From assembly GCA_963747025.1 (NCBI GenBank), contig CAVVDJ010000002.1:19376-83375 (forward strand): a stretch of DNA of 64,000 nucleotides, given 5' to 3'. The translations under genes and the position numbers were made by a program. Source of the stretch: an uncultured beta proteobacterium. Its GTDB lineage: Bacteria > Pseudomonadota > Gammaproteobacteria > Burkholderiales > SHXO01. Below are positions 45,179-60,689 of this stretch, one piece after another. Numbering within the stretch: the first letter of the stretch is position 1; every line of letters begins with the position of its first letter. The notes under the pieces are model-generated. The model had not been told where the DNA came from and made no database searches. It was given only the letters and a program-made list of their open reading frames with translations.

Positions 45179-45788
45179 CCATGGCCTTGCCGGCCTTGGT
45201 CTGACGCTGCCAGCGGAAGCCAGAAGTCGCCTTCTGCAATACCTTGGTCTGCTATCTAAGTGGAATCGCATCTACAATCTGACGGCGATTCGAGAGCCGG
45301 CCAAATTAGTGAGCCATCACATACTGGATAGCCTCGCTGTACTGCCTTACCTCGAAGGAACTTCGGTGGTGGATGTGGGTAGTGGAGCGGGTTTGCCAGG
45401 GATACCTCTGGCCATCGCCAAGCCAGAATGGGGATTTACGCTTCTCGACAGCAACCACAAGAAGGCGGCGTTCCAGCGACAAGCCGTACTGGAGTTGAAC
45501 CTTGAAAACATCCAGGTTGTGACGGAACGTGCGGAGCGTTGGCGTCCTGTCCGTCGTTTCGACATCGCTATTTCGCGGGCCTTCTCGGATCTGCCCAGCT
45601 TCGTGGAGACCGCACAGCACCTATGTCGTTCAGGGGGCGTCTTGGCGGCGATGAAGGGGATTTACCCAGACGAGGAGCTGGCCCAACTTGGCCGAGAGGT
45701 ACGCGTCCAAAAGGTTGTGGCTCTGGATGTTCCCGGGTTGCGCGCCAGCCGGCACCTCGTGCTCCTGCAACCTGTAGACACCGGTTAG
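45156..45788 (+). CDS. rsmG: 16S rRNA (guanine527-N7)-methyltransferase RsmG (GidB)
   Basis: Intact 210 aa: LLSKWNRIYNLTAIREP...HILDSL...VVDVGSGAGLPGIPLAI...SRAF. Confidence 0.92.
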   Translation: MKAEAQLDHGLAGLGLTLPAEARSRLLQYLGLLSKWNRIYNLTAIREPAKLVSHHILDSLAVLPYLEGTSVVDVGSGAGLPGIPLAIAKPEWGFTLLDSNHKKAAFQRQAVLELNLENIQVVTERAERWRPVRRFDIAISRAFSDLPSFVETAQHLCRSGGVLAAMKGIYPDEELAQLGREVRVQKVVALDVPGLRASRHLVLLQPVDTG

Positions 45789-45793
45789 GCGGG

Positions 45794-46570
45794 ATGGCGC
45801 GGATCCTAGCGGTTACCAACCAAAAGGGTGGAGTCGGAAAAACCACCACCAGCATCAATTTGGCTGCCAGCCTGGTGCTCGCCGGGCGGCGTATTCTGTT
45901 GATCGACCTGGACCCACAGGGCAACGCGACCATGGGCAGCGGCGTGGACAAGCGTGGAGTACGCGCCAGTGTCTATGACGTCCTGCTCGGAGCGCAGCCG
46001 CTGCGCGGGGTAAAGCTGAAAGTCAGCGCTAACTACGATCTCGTGCCAGCGAACCGCGACTTGGCCGGGGCAGAGGTAGAGCTGGTCAACATGCCGGAAA
46101 GAGAAACGCGCCTGAAGGAAGCCATCAAGGAGATTGAGGAGCACTATGACTTCATCCTGATCGACTGCCCGCCTGCGCTCAACCTCTTGACCGTCAACGG
46201 TCTTTGCGCTGCTCATGCCGTCATGATTCCGATGCAGTGCGAGTACTACGCGCTCGAGGGACTGTCCGACCTGGTGCAGACAATCAAGAAGGTACGTGTT
46301 CACCTCAACCCGAGCTTGGAGATCGAAGGCCTGCTGCGCACCATGTACGATCCACGCAACACGCTAGCCCAACAGGTATCCGATCAGTTGCAGCAGCACT
46401 TTGGTGACAAGGTTTATCGGACTGTGATCCCGCGTAACGTGCGACTCGCCGAGGCTCCGAGTCATGGAGTCCCGGTCATTGCTCTCGATCGGCAGTCGAA
46501 GGGCGCGCTCGCGTACCTGGCTCTCGCGGGGGAGATGTTGTCCAAACCAGTGCGCGATGTCCATGGCTAA
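45794..46570 (+). CDS. parA: Chromosome partitioning ATPase ParA (Soj)
   Basis: Intact 258 aa. Deviant Walker A NQKGGVGKTTTSINLA, LLIDLDPQGNAT, ILIDCPPAL. Confidence 0.93.
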   Translation: MARILAVTNQKGGVGKTTTSINLAASLVLAGRRILLIDLDPQGNATMGSGVDKRGVRASVYDVLLGAQPLRGVKLKVSANYDLVPANRDLAGAEVELVNMPERETRLKEAIKEIEEHYDFILIDCPPALNLLTVNGLCAAHAVMIPMQCEYYALEGLSDLVQTIKKVRVHLNPSLEIEGLLRTMYDPRNTLAQQVSDQLQQHFGDKVYRTVIPRNVRLAEAPSHGVPVIALDRQSKGALAYLALAGEMLSKPVRDVHG

Positions 46571-47405
46571 GCTCAAGGGGCTCGGACGCGGTTTGGATGC
46601 ACTGCTTGGCGGGGACGAGGCGCAACCTCAAGAGCAGCTGTTGAACGTGGCACTCACTCAACTGCACCCCGGTAAGTATCAGCCTCGGACGCAAATGGAT
46701 CCGGGCGCGATCGCCGAGTTGGCGGAGTCGATCAAGGTCCAGGGGGTGATCCAACCCATCCTCGCGCGTCCGCTCAGCGATGGGCACTTCGAGATCATCG
46801 CCGGCGAGCGCCGCTGGCGAGCAGCCAAGCTCGCCGGTCTGGACTCCATTCCGGTGTTGGTGCGGGAAGTCCGTGATGACTTGGCTCTGGCCATGGCGTT
46901 GATTGAGAACATTCAACGCGAGGACCTCAATCCGATCGAAGAGGCGGCCGGCATCCAGCGCTTGATCGACGAGTTCGGCATGACCCACGAGGCGGCGGCA
47001 GAGGCCGTCGGTCGTTCGCGCAGCGGCGTTACCAACCTTCTTCGTCTGCTGTCTCTCGCCAAGCCGGTGCAAGACCTGGTTCTGCACGGCCGGCTGGATA
47101 TGGGCCACGGGCGCGCGCTTCTGGCGCTGTCCGGCGCCAAGCAAATCGAGCTGGCCAATCTAGTGGTAGCGAAGGATCTCTCGGTGCGGCAGGCCGAACA
47201 TCTCGTCGCGCCAGGCCCTGTCTGCGCCCAAATCCCGCAAGAGTCCGTCGCGCGACCGCGATCTGGTTGCGCTCGAGGAGGAGCTCTCCGAGCATCTGGG
47301 GACAAAAGTATCGATCGTAGCGCGAAAAAAGGGTGCGGGCCGACTGATAGTCGAGTACGGGAGCCTCGATCAGCTCGATGTTGTCCTGAGCCGTCTTCGT
47401 AAATG
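46557..47405 (+). CDS. parB: Chromosome partitioning protein ParB (Spo0J); one frameshift as sequenced
   Basis: KGLGRGLDALLG...PGKYQPRT...QGVIQPILARP...IIAGERRWRAAKLAGL...ALIENIQREDLNPIEEA; then ...VRQAEHLVA | ...SRDRDLVALEEELSEHLGTKVSIVARKKGAGRLIVEYGSLDQLDVVLSRLRK*. The switch lies near 47210. Confidence 0.9.
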
Positions 47406-47442
47406 ACGCAAATCCGACGGTCTGTTGCGCCGCGAGATTGCG

Positions 47443-47472
47443 TTGACGGGTGTGGAGCAAGCTGATTAAAAT
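47443..47472 (+). promoter_or_regulatory. Putative sigma-70 promoter of the atp operon
   Basis: TTGACG (47443-47448), an 18-nt spacer, then TAAAAT (47467-47472), about 37 nt upstream of atpI. Confidence 0.45.
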
Positions 47473-47508
47473 CGCGAACTTTGCGCTGGGGCGGGCTAAG
47501 GTCGGAAC

Positions 47509-47877
47509 ATGGTTCTCGTGCAGAGCAAGGCGATCCGAACCGTCCTACGCTGGCAGATAATTGCGACCGGCGCCATGACGCTGGTCTTGGGTCTGCTGAC
47601 AAGCGTTCACGGCGCGGTCTCTGCCATGCTGGGCGGCTTGGTCAGCATCTGTGCGGGAATATCGTTCTCGGTCGTTGTCTCCCTGAGCAAATCGAACTCG
47701 CTTGCGGGGACTCTAGTCACGGCTTTTCGGGCCGAGGCGGCTAAGGTCTTCGTCGCCGTGGTCTTGTTGTGGCTCGTGTTTGCGACGTACAAGGATGTCG
47801 TCGCAATTGGCTTTATCGGATCGTTCGCCATTTCGATCCTGATTTTCGGGATGGCGTTTTTTGTGCGCGAAGCGTAA
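47509..47877 (+). CDS. atpI: ATP synthase protein I
   Basis: 122 aa hydrophobic protein directly upstream of atpB. Four predicted TM segments. Confidence 0.8.
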   Translation: MVLVQSKAIRTVLRWQIIATGAMTLVLGLLTSVHGAVSAMLGGLVSICAGISFSVVVSLSKSNSLAGTLVTAFRAEAAKVFVAVVLLWLVFATYKDVVAIGFIGSFAISILIFGMAFFVREA

Positions 47878-49051
<1,174 letters not shown>

Positions 49052-49092
49052 CGTTTGTCGGTCGCCGAGACCTCGCCAGCCAGAGACCAGTC

Positions 49093-49563
49093 ATGAACAT
49101 CAATCTCACCCTGCTCGCTCAAGCCGCCGCCTTCGGGATCTTCATCTGGTTTACAGCCAAGTTCGTGTGGCCGCCGCTGCTCCGGGCGATCGAGGCGCGG
49201 CAGAAGCAGATCGCCGATGGGCTAGCCGCGGCCGAGCGCGGAAGGAAGGACTTGGAGCTTGCCTCCAAGCGCGCCGAGGATATCGTGGGCCAAGCACGCG
49301 AGCGGTCGCAGGAGATCCTGACCCAAGCCGACAAGCGCGCTACCCAGATCGTCGAGGAGGCGAAAGGCCATGCCAAGACTGAGGGCGACAGGATCATTGC
49401 CGGTGCCAAGGCCGAGATCGACCGGGAAGTCTTTCGTGCCAAGGAAGCATTGCGGACGCAGGTTGCCGTACTGGCGGTGCAGGGGGCCGAGAAGATACTG
49501 CGGCGGGAAGTGGACGCCAAGGCACACGCTGATCTGCTCAATGCAGTGGCGGCGGAACTCTAA
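49093..49563 (+). CDS. atpF: F0F1 ATP synthase subunit b
   Basis: Intact 156 aa. N-terminal [31 protein letters not shown], then a long charged helix. Confidence 0.93.
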   Translation: MNINLTLLAQAAAFGIFIWFTAKFVWPPLLRAIEARQKQIADGLAAAERGRKDLELASKRAEDIVGQARERSQEILTQADKRATQIVEEAKGHAKTEGDRIIAGAKAEIDREVFRAKEALRTQVAVLAVQGAEKILRREVDAKAHADLLNAVAAEL

Positions 49564-49576
49564 GTTATCGAACATC

Positions 49577-50114
49577 ATGGCCGAACTCGTCACCATCGCT
49601 CGTCCCTACGCACAGGCTGTATTCGAGCCTGGCGAAGGACAAAGGGCAACTGGCGCAATGGTCGGAGATGCTGCGCTTCATGGCGGAGGTCTGGAGCAAC
49701 GACCGGGTGCAATTAGCGTTGGCCAACCCGAAGTTCACGAAAGACGATGTCGAGCGCTTCCTTCTTGGTATTTGCGGAGAGCGACTGGACGGCGTCGCCC
49801 GCAATCTGCTCGTGATTCTAGTGCGCAATGATCGCTTACCGGCCCTGCCGCATATCGTCGAACTGTACGAGCAGTTGCGCGAACAATACGAGAACATCGT
49901 CGAGGCTTCGGTCGACTCCGCTTTTCCACTGTCCGACCAGCAGCTCGCGAGCCTGGTTGCGAACCTCGAGCGACACACAGGGCGCAAGGTACAGGCAACG
50001 GTGGCCGTCGCGCCGGAGCTTATCGGTGGGGTCACAGTGAAAATTGGAGACGACGTTTGGGACGCCTCTGTACGTGGCCAGCTCGATAACATGGCCACGG
50101 CGCTCACCAACTAG
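49577..50114 (+). CDS. atpH: F0F1 ATP synthase subunit delta; one frameshift as sequenced
   Basis: MAELVTIARPYAQAVFE | ...KGQLAQWSEMLRFMAEVWSNDRVQLALANPKF...LLVILVRNDRLPALPHI...IGGVTVKIGDDVWDASVRGQL. The switch lies near 49630. Confidence 0.88.
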
Positions 50115-50135
50115 GGATAAGGGTAGGAGCAAAGA

Positions 50136-51684
<1,549 letters not shown>

Positions 51685-51765
51685 TTGTGCGCTGCGCGCA
51701 AACTAAACAAAGCGCTGTCGCGCGAATCTTCCGCCCACGCTGACGCGGGGCGAATGTAGGGGAAT

Positions 51766-54097
<2,332 letters not shown>

Positions 54098-54134
54098 CCA
54101 GCGTGGAGGAATCCGCAACCTCTGAAGAGATGGA

Positions 54135-54554
54135 ATGGCCAATACCATACATGTAGACGTAGTCAGCGCCGAGGAGTCGATCTTCTCCGGCGAGGCGGAG
54201 TTCGTCGTGTTGCCCGGGGAGGCCGGTGAGCTGGGCATCTACCCGCGGCACACGCCGTTGATCACCCGCATCCGGCCCGGGTCGGTGCGCATTAGGGTGC
54301 CGGGCGAGCCTGACGAGCAATTGATCTTCGTTGCGGGCGGGATCCTTGAAGTCCAACCGAATGTGATCACGGTACTAGCGGACACGGCCATCCGGGGTCG
54401 GGATTTGGACGAAGCCAAAGCGCGCGAGGCGCTACAGCGTGCTGAGGAAGCGCGGCGCAACGCCAAGGATAAGGAAGAAATCGCAGCGGTGGAAGGTGAA
54501 CTTGCCACGCTGGCGGCGCAGCTCGCTGCGATCCGCCGACTGCGCAAGAGATAA
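54135..54554 (+). CDS. atpC: F0F1 ATP synthase subunit epsilon
   Basis: Intact 139 aa: [40 protein letters not shown]... Confidence 0.93.
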   Translation: MANTIHVDVVSAEESIFSGEAEFVVLPGEAGELGIYPRHTPLITRIRPGSVRIRVPGEPDEQLIFVAGGILEVQPNVITVLADTAIRGRDLDEAKAREALQRAEEARRNAKDKEEIAAVEGELATLAAQLAAIRRLRKR

Positions 54555-54611
54555 CAACACAAGAAGAGCAACAAGAAAAAGCCAGCCCGGCTTCGCGCCG
54601 GGGACTGACAA

Positions 54612-54634
54612 AAGCAGCTTCGGCTGCTTTTTTT
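54612..54634 (+). terminator. Rho-independent terminator of the atp operon
   Basis: AAGCAGC-TTCG-GCTGCTT followed by TTTTT. It is preceded by a second GC hairpin, CCCGGC-TTCGC-GCCGGG (54586-54602). Confidence 0.8.
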
Positions 54635-54754
54635 GTTCTCGCCGCGGCACGCAGGGCTCTCGGGGCGACGGCTGCAGCGCACGTTGACAAGAGCGGCGCG
54701 AGCCCATAGCCTCGAAGTCGTTGCTGTCCCCAAAGTCGACACGAGGAACTCGTC

Positions 54755-55884
54755 GTGGTGAAAGCGCAGGACGCGATCCAGCTCACCAAAGAGTTGGTTC
54801 GGATGAACACCATCAACCCACCCGGGCGCGAGGAACCTTGCGCACGGCACCTTGGTGCGCGGCTCGAAGGTGCGGGTTTCCAAATCGAAGTACTACAGTT
54901 TTGGTGAGGGACGCGTAAGTCTAGTCGCCACCATCGGTGGCAGTGGCTCGAAACTTCCGGTTTGCTTCACAGGCCACATCGATACCGTACCGCTGGGCGC
55001 AGCACCTTGGCGGATGGACCCGTTCGCGGCTGATACCGACTCCGGCATGTTGTACGGTCGCGGCACCAGCGACATGAAATGCGGGGTCGCGGCGTTCACG
55101 GTCGCCGCGCTTGGCATGGCGAAACATCTCGCGAGCACGTGCGGGGTGAGCCTGGTTATCACTGCGGGAGAGGAGACGGGCTGCGAGGGTGCATTTCATC
55201 TGTACCGCGATGGCGTGCTCGGCAGGGCCGGCGCACTGGTTGTGGCCGAGCCAACCTCTAACTATCCGTTCGTCGGGCACAAGGGTGTGCTGTGGCTCAG
55301 AGCGAAGACGCGCGGCGTCACCGCGCACGGATCGATGCCTGAGAAAGGCGTGAACGCCGTCTACAAGGCAGCGCATGCTGCCAGCAGATTGGAACAGTTC
55401 CGCTTCTCCAATCCACCGCACGCGCTGATGGGCCAAGCTACGCTCAACGTCGGTACGTTCCACGGCGGACTCAACATCAACTCGGTGCCAGACCAGGCAG
55501 AGATCGGCGTCGACATCCGCACGGTGCCTACGGTCGACCATAAGCAGCTGATCCGCGTGCTGGCGGAGCAACTGGGCTCTGAAGTGGAGCTGGAGACGTT
55601 GATGGATCTGGAAGCCGTGTACACGGAGCCGCGAAATCCCTGGATCCAGAGCGTCTTCGAGATCATGACACCGATTCTCGGCGAGGCGCCGAAGCCGCGC
55701 GTGGCGACCTACTTCACCGATGCCGCAGCGCTGAATCGGGCCTACAGCAATCCCACCCACTGTTATCGTCGGCCCCGGCGAACCGCAGATGGCGCATCAG
55801 ACCGACGAGTATTGCGTACTCGAGCGCGTGGAAAAATCTGTGGCCGGCTACGAAGAGATCATTCGCCACTGGTGCCTTACTTGA
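54755..55884 (+). CDS. M20-family metallopeptidase / deacylase (ArgE/DapE-like); 2 frameshifts as sequenced
   Basis: (V)KAQDAIQLTKELVRMNTINPPGREE...QIEVLQF | GEGRVSLVATIGG...FTGHIDTVP...YGRGTSDMKCG...ITAGEETGCEG...TAHGSMPEKGVNA...FTDAAALNRAYSNP | TVIVGPGEPQMAHQTDEYCVLERV. Switches lie at the TTTT run 54898-54901 and near 55755. The GTG start is tentative. Confidence 0.78.
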
Positions 55885-57199
55885 ATGGAACGCTTCAGCA
55901 CTGCAGCGCATGCAGCGCGTGTGAATGGGGTGTTGGACCCGGGAAGCTTCACGCCGCTGGGCGGCATCGAGCCACGAACCACACTGCTAGCCGGAGGCGG
56001 ACGTCTCGAGGGTGAGCCGGTGTGGATTGCTGCCATGGATCCGAGCCGCGCCCGCGGGGCGCTCGGCGTGGCAGAGGCGCGAAGTCCTGTGCGCGCTGTT
56101 TCAAATTGCACGGCATGAGCCGCGCCCAATCTTGCTACTTATCGATTCGGCGGGCGCGAAGGTCGATGAAGGCCTGGCCGCACTTGGCGCTTTCCGTCGG
56201 CTGTTCCGTGAAGCCCTCTTGACCCGCTTCGCGCGCGTGCCCATGCTCGCCTTGCTGGGAAGGTCGTGCTTCGGCGGGGCCAGCATGCTCGCGTGCGTCT
56301 GCGGCCTGCGGATATATTCGAGTCAGACTCTGCTTGCGGCTTCCGGCCCAGGGGTGATCGAAGCGTTGCGCGGCAAGGGTGAGTTGGATGCGGCCGATCC
56401 AGACCAGGTTCGGGCGCTGATGGGCGGCGACGCGCGCGTCCGCCTCGGGCCGGGCGAGCATCTCGCGAAAGACAGTATCGTCGCGTTCCGCGACAGTGCA
56501 GCCCGGTTGCTGCGCGAGGGCGTTCTTGGGGACGGCGTTGTCGACTTGACCGACGAACACTCCGCACTCGGCGAGCGCCTGACGCGACGCGCGGGCCACC
56601 TCGAGGTAGCGACTGCCCAACAAGACGTTTCCATCAGGCGCCTGGAACGGCTCATACCCCCTGGTTATGCACCTATGATGTGCGGGCCTGTCTGCTTGGC
56701 GTTGCCCCGACCAGCGTCGGAGCGGCCGGCGTTCTTGGGCCTCTTGAGCGGAGGCGCGGTGGGTGCGGACGCTTGCTGGCAGTTGGCCGAAGCCCTACTT
56801 GATTTGCACCGTTCCAATCCCAGGAGCCCGGTCTTGCTGTTGCTGGACGCGATCGGGCACGCTGCGACGCGACAGGACGAAGCATCGATGCTGTCCGCTT
56901 ATCTAACGCATCTGAGTCTAGTCGCCGGATGGTTGGCGCAGTGCGGGCATCAAGTGGCGTTGTGGATCCCTGGGGCTGCGGCAGGGGCAGTTTACGTAGC
57001 ATTCGCTGCCCCTGCGAAACATGTGTCAGCCCTGCACAGCGCGCGCATTCGGATCCTGCCTGAAATCGCGGTGCGCCAGATCCTCGGTGCGATCGTAGAC
57101 CAGTCGGTTGACTCGGATGCGCTGGTGCGTACCGGTGTCATCGATGCTTTCTTGGACCGCCGGCTTGAAGGCTACGCTGCGGTCGCAAACGCGAACTGA
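55885..57199 (+). CDS. Fused carboxyltransferase resembling malonate decarboxylase beta (MdcD) plus gamma (MdcE) subunits; one frameshift as sequenced
   Basis: The ATG abuts the stop of the M20 gene. N-terminal half: VLDPGSFTPLGG...GEPVWIAAMDPSRARGALGVAEA | EVLCALFQIARHEPRPILLLIDSAGAKVDEG...LLGRSCFGGASMLA...ASGPGVIE (MdcD-like, recalled by eye). C-terminal half: SPVLLLLDAIGHAATRQDEASMLSAYLTHLSL...ALWIPGAAAGAVYVAF (MdcE-like). The switch lies near 56075. Confidence 0.6.
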
Positions 57200-57201
57200 T
57201 C

Positions 57202-58754
57202 ATGACTAACGCCAACGTCTACGCTGCGTTCGAGCGGAGCTTTGCGATCAATGCCGCGCGACCGGCCCTGGAGATCGACCTCAATCGTAGTTGCACCTAT
57301 GCCCAGATCGATCAGGAGACAGCTCGTTGTGCCGCAGCCTTGAGCAGTTTCGGATTGCAGCGCGGAGATCGCGTGGCCGTGCAAGTCGAGAAATCGCCGC
57401 AATCACTCTTTCTGTATCTGGCGTGCTTGCGGGCAGGTCTCGTGTATCTGCCCCTAAACACGGCGTATCGGTTGGCGGAGCTTGGCGTACTTTCTGTCCG
57501 ACGCGGAGCCGGCCCTGGTAGTGTGCACGCCGTCCGCTGAGGCAGGTGTCCGACAGCTGCTTCGAACCTCGGTGTCCGCGGAGGACTCGCTACGCTCGAC
57601 GCCGACGGAGGAGGTTCGTTGCCGCGGCCGTGCAGGAGGCGTCTGCTGAGTTCGAAACTGTAACGACGGCACCGGACGATCTCGCGGTGATCATCTATAC
57701 CTCGGGCACCACGGGCCGCTCCAAGGGCGCAATGCTGACCCATCGAATCTTGATTTCGAATGCCAGGGTGCTGGTCGACAGTTGGGGGTTCAGCAACCAG
57801 GACGTACTGTTGCACGTATTGCCCATCTTCCATGTGCATGGCCTGTTCGTGGCCAACCATTGCGCGCTCCTGTCTGGCGCGAAGCTGATCTGGAGGCCCA
57901 GGTTCGAGCCAAGGACGACCCTGGCCGACCTGCGGCAGGCGACGGTGATGATGGGCGTGCCAACGTATTACACGAGGCTGTTGAACGAGCCCGGTTTGAC
58001 GCCCGAGGCATGCGCCAACGTGCGTCTTTTCATATCGGGTTCGGCACCCTTGTCACTGGATGCGTTCCGACAGCTTTCCGCGCGCGCACCGGCCATACGA
58101 TTCTGGAACGCTACGGGATGTCGGAAGCTGGCATGATCACCTCCAACCCTCTCGAAGGCGAGCGCCGTGGTGGCACCGTGGGCCTTCCGCTGCCTGGTGT
58201 CTCTGTGCGTGTCGCGGACCACCAAGACCAGCCGATGCCGCCAGGAGATCCAGGTGCGATCCAGATTCAAGGGCGACAACGTGTTCGCCGGCTACTGGCG
58301 CAATCCATCGAAGACGCGAGAAGAATTTACCGCGGACGGCTGGTTTCGCACGGGCGACCTCGGCGTGTTCGAGCGCGACGGCTATCTGTCCATCGTCGGT
58401 CGTGCCAAGGACCTGATCATCACCGGCGGCTACAACGTGTACCCGAAAGAAGTCGAACTGGTGATCGACACCATACCCGGTGTCGCTGAATCCGCGGTCG
58501 TCGGCGTGCCGCATCCCGACTTCGGTGAAGCGGTCACGGCAGCGGTCGTGTTGGATCGGGATGCTGAGGCACCTAGTGAGTCTGCGATGATTGCACACCT
58601 GAAGACCCAACTGGCAAATTACAAAGTGCCAAAACGGATACATTTTCTTTCCGATCTTCCGCGCAACGCCATGGGCAAGGTGCAGAAGAACCTGCTGCGC
58701 GAGCAGCTGGCCGAGCGCCCGGCGCATCAAGACAGCAGCAAGTCGGCAGCGTGA
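57202..58754 (+). pseudogene. matB: Malonyl-CoA synthetase-like acyl-CoA ligase (MatB-type, AMP-binding); about 5 frameshifts as sequenced
   Basis: ...CTYAQIDQETARCAAALSSFGLQRGDRVAVQVEKS...YLPLNTAYRLAEL | AYFLSDAEPALVVC | ...LDADGGGSL | ...DDLAVIIYTSGTTGRSKGAMLTH...LPIFHVHGLFVA...MGVPTYYTRLL...LFISGSAPL | ...TGHTILERYGMSEAG...GTVGLPLPG...GAIQI | KGDNVFAGYW...WFRTGDLG...GRAKDLIITGGYNVYPKEVE...PRNAMGKVQKN. Switches lie near 57488, 57558, 57618, 58070 and 58262. Confidence 0.75.
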
Positions 58755-59290
58755 CTGCTACGCGATCAGAACCGTTTCCCCGCGGCTCCCGGATTGCCGC
58801 GTTGGTTGGCATGTTTGGTGTGCTGGTGTTGGTTGCTTCCGCCGCTTTAGTGGTTTGGCTGGTGGCGGTGGCAAGGGCCCCGGGTCTGGACCGATTGGAG
58901 CAGGTGACCGGTCACGTCAAAAGCGCAACCACAAGCGGCGTACAGGGACACGGGGCGAATGTTGACACTCGTCGTTACGGCCGATGGCGCCGACTACGAG
59001 TTGACGCTGCCGCAAGCCGAACAGCTACCGGCGCGGGACTGGCCCCTGGAGTCCATCAACCCGGGAGCGCCGGTGGTCGCGTGGTATATCCCAGTCCGAG
59101 GCACCAAGTCCGGGGCACCCTTTGGCAGCTTCACCGCGGACGGCAACGCGTGGTGGCGTTAGAGGACACGGGCGCACTGTATCGGGAGTGGGTTCGCAAC
59201 ACGCTGTCGTGGTGTGCCCTGGGGTCTGCTGTCCGGGGCGGCGTTGATCGCAGCCGGCTTCGGCGGGCGCAACCGGGCCACGGCAGCCGG
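58751..59290 (+). CDS. Hypothetical membrane-anchored protein (frame unclear, about 3 switches)
   Basis: The GTG overlaps the matB stop. N-terminal TM IAALVGMFGVLVLVASAALVVWLVAV. The middle part reads best in a second frame (MLTLVVTADGADYELTLPQAEQLPARDWPLESINPGAPVVAWYIPVRG). There is a possible C-terminal TM. No family was recognised and the 3' end is not resolved. Confidence 0.35.
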
Positions 59291-59295
59291 ATAGG

Positions 59296-60110
59296 CTAGA
59301 CCAACGACAGGAGCATCTTCGTGGCCAGGGCAAACAGGACGACCGCAAAGATGCGTCTGAGAACGATTATCCGGGTACGGTGCGCAACGTGTGCCCCGAA
59401 GGGCACGGTGACAAAACTGCCGACCACTAACGCCCACCAGCGCAGGGACGTATACGTAGCCCACGCTCAGCGGCGGGAGCTGGGTCTGACCCAACCCAGT
59501 GATGACATAGCCGAGAGCGCCGCCGATCGAGATGGGAAGGCCAAGCGCCGCAGACGTCCCGATGGCATTGATCATCGGGACGTTGCAGATGGTCATCAAC
59601 GGGATCACGAGGATCCCGCCGCCGACGCCGACCAGGCTGCAAAGCGCTCCCACCGCAAAGCCGGCGATTGACAGACCGAGCCTGCCTGGGAGAGTGCGCG
59701 TCGCGGCGGGCTTGTTGTCTACCCACATCTGCAGCGACGAAAAGAACACGAACACGGTGAAGATGATGGCGAGATAGCGCGAGAGCAGGTGGTCGGCGAA
59801 GCAGGGTCCCGATGAAGGTGCCGGCTACGATTGCCGGAGTGGCTGCGCGTACGATGTCCCAGCGCACCCCGCCGCGAAGGTGATGGGCGCGTACGCTGGA
59901 CAGATTAGTGAAGACGATGCTGGCGAGTGAGGTGCCGAGGGCGAGATGGAGGACGCGTTCAGCCGGGAAGTGCTGGGCGGTGAACAGAAACACCAGCAGC
60001 GGTACGATGATCACGCCACCGCCGATGCCGAGCATTCCGGCGAAAAAGCCGACGACCAGTCCGAGCGCCAGGTAGGCAAGCCACCACCACTCGGGCGACC
60101 AAGCGTGCAA
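59296..60110 (-). CDS. TauE/SafE-family (DUF81) anion exporter; about 2 frameshifts as sequenced
   Basis: Duplicated motif GFFAGMLGIGGGVIIVPLLVF and LCSLVGVGGGILVIPLMT; the C-terminus FAVVLFALATKMLLSLV* is in a third frame. Switches lie near 59790 and 59440. Confidence 0.75.
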
Positions 60111-60116
60111 CGCCGA

Positions 60117-60590
60117 TCACTCCGCTTCAGGCCGATCGAGCAGCTTCAGGATGAACTGCCACTCGTCGCGCTCCACGGGTGTGATCGACAGTCTATTGCC
60201 CCGCTGCAGCACGCGCATGTGCGCCAACTTGGCGTGACGGCGCAGCTCGCGGATCGCGAGCAGACGGGTCTTGCGCATCAGCTTGACGTCGACGTTGAAC
60301 CAGCGTGGCTTCTCGGGCGTGGCGGCGGAGTCGTAGTATTCGCTGCGGGGATCGAACTGCGTGGCGTCGGGATACGCCAGCCGGGATACCTCAACGACGC
60401 CGGCAATGCCAGGTTGCGGGCAGCTGGAGTGATAGAAGAAAGCCTGGTCGCCGAGCTGCATCTGATCGCGCATGAAGTTGCGCGCCTGATAGTTGCGCAC
60501 TCCCCACCACGCCGCTGTCCTGCCCCGGGCGCGGGCCAGGTCATCGATGCCGAACACGTCGGGCTCGGATTTCATCAGCCAGTAGCGCAC
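60117..60590 (-). CDS. EVE domain-containing protein
   Basis: 157 aa from GTG 60590: RYWLMKSEPDVFGIDDL...WWGVRNYQARNFMRDQMQLGDQAFFYHSSC...AGVVEVSRLAYPD...RWFNVDVK. Confidence 0.8.
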   Translation of the reverse strand: MRYWLMKSEPDVFGIDDLARARGRTAAWWGVRNYQARNFMRDQMQLGDQAFFYHSSCPQPGIAGVVEVSRLAYPDATQFDPRSEYYDSAATPEKPRWFNVDVKLMRKTRLLAIRELRRHAKLAHMRVLQRGNRLSITPVERDEWQFILKLLDRPEAE

Positions 60591-60660
60591 GGGAAATGGG
60601 GCTCCGACGCGCCGGCACCCTGTCCGCGACGAACGGAGAACGGCAAGGTATAGAGCCGGG

Positions 60661-60687
60661 AAAAGAGAAAGAGCGGCTAAGCCGCTC
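60661..60687 (-). terminator. Rho-independent terminator downstream of ssrS
   Basis: Bottom strand GAGCGGC-TTA-GCCGCTC followed by TTTCTCTTTT. Confidence 0.75.
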
Positions 60688-60689
60688 CT

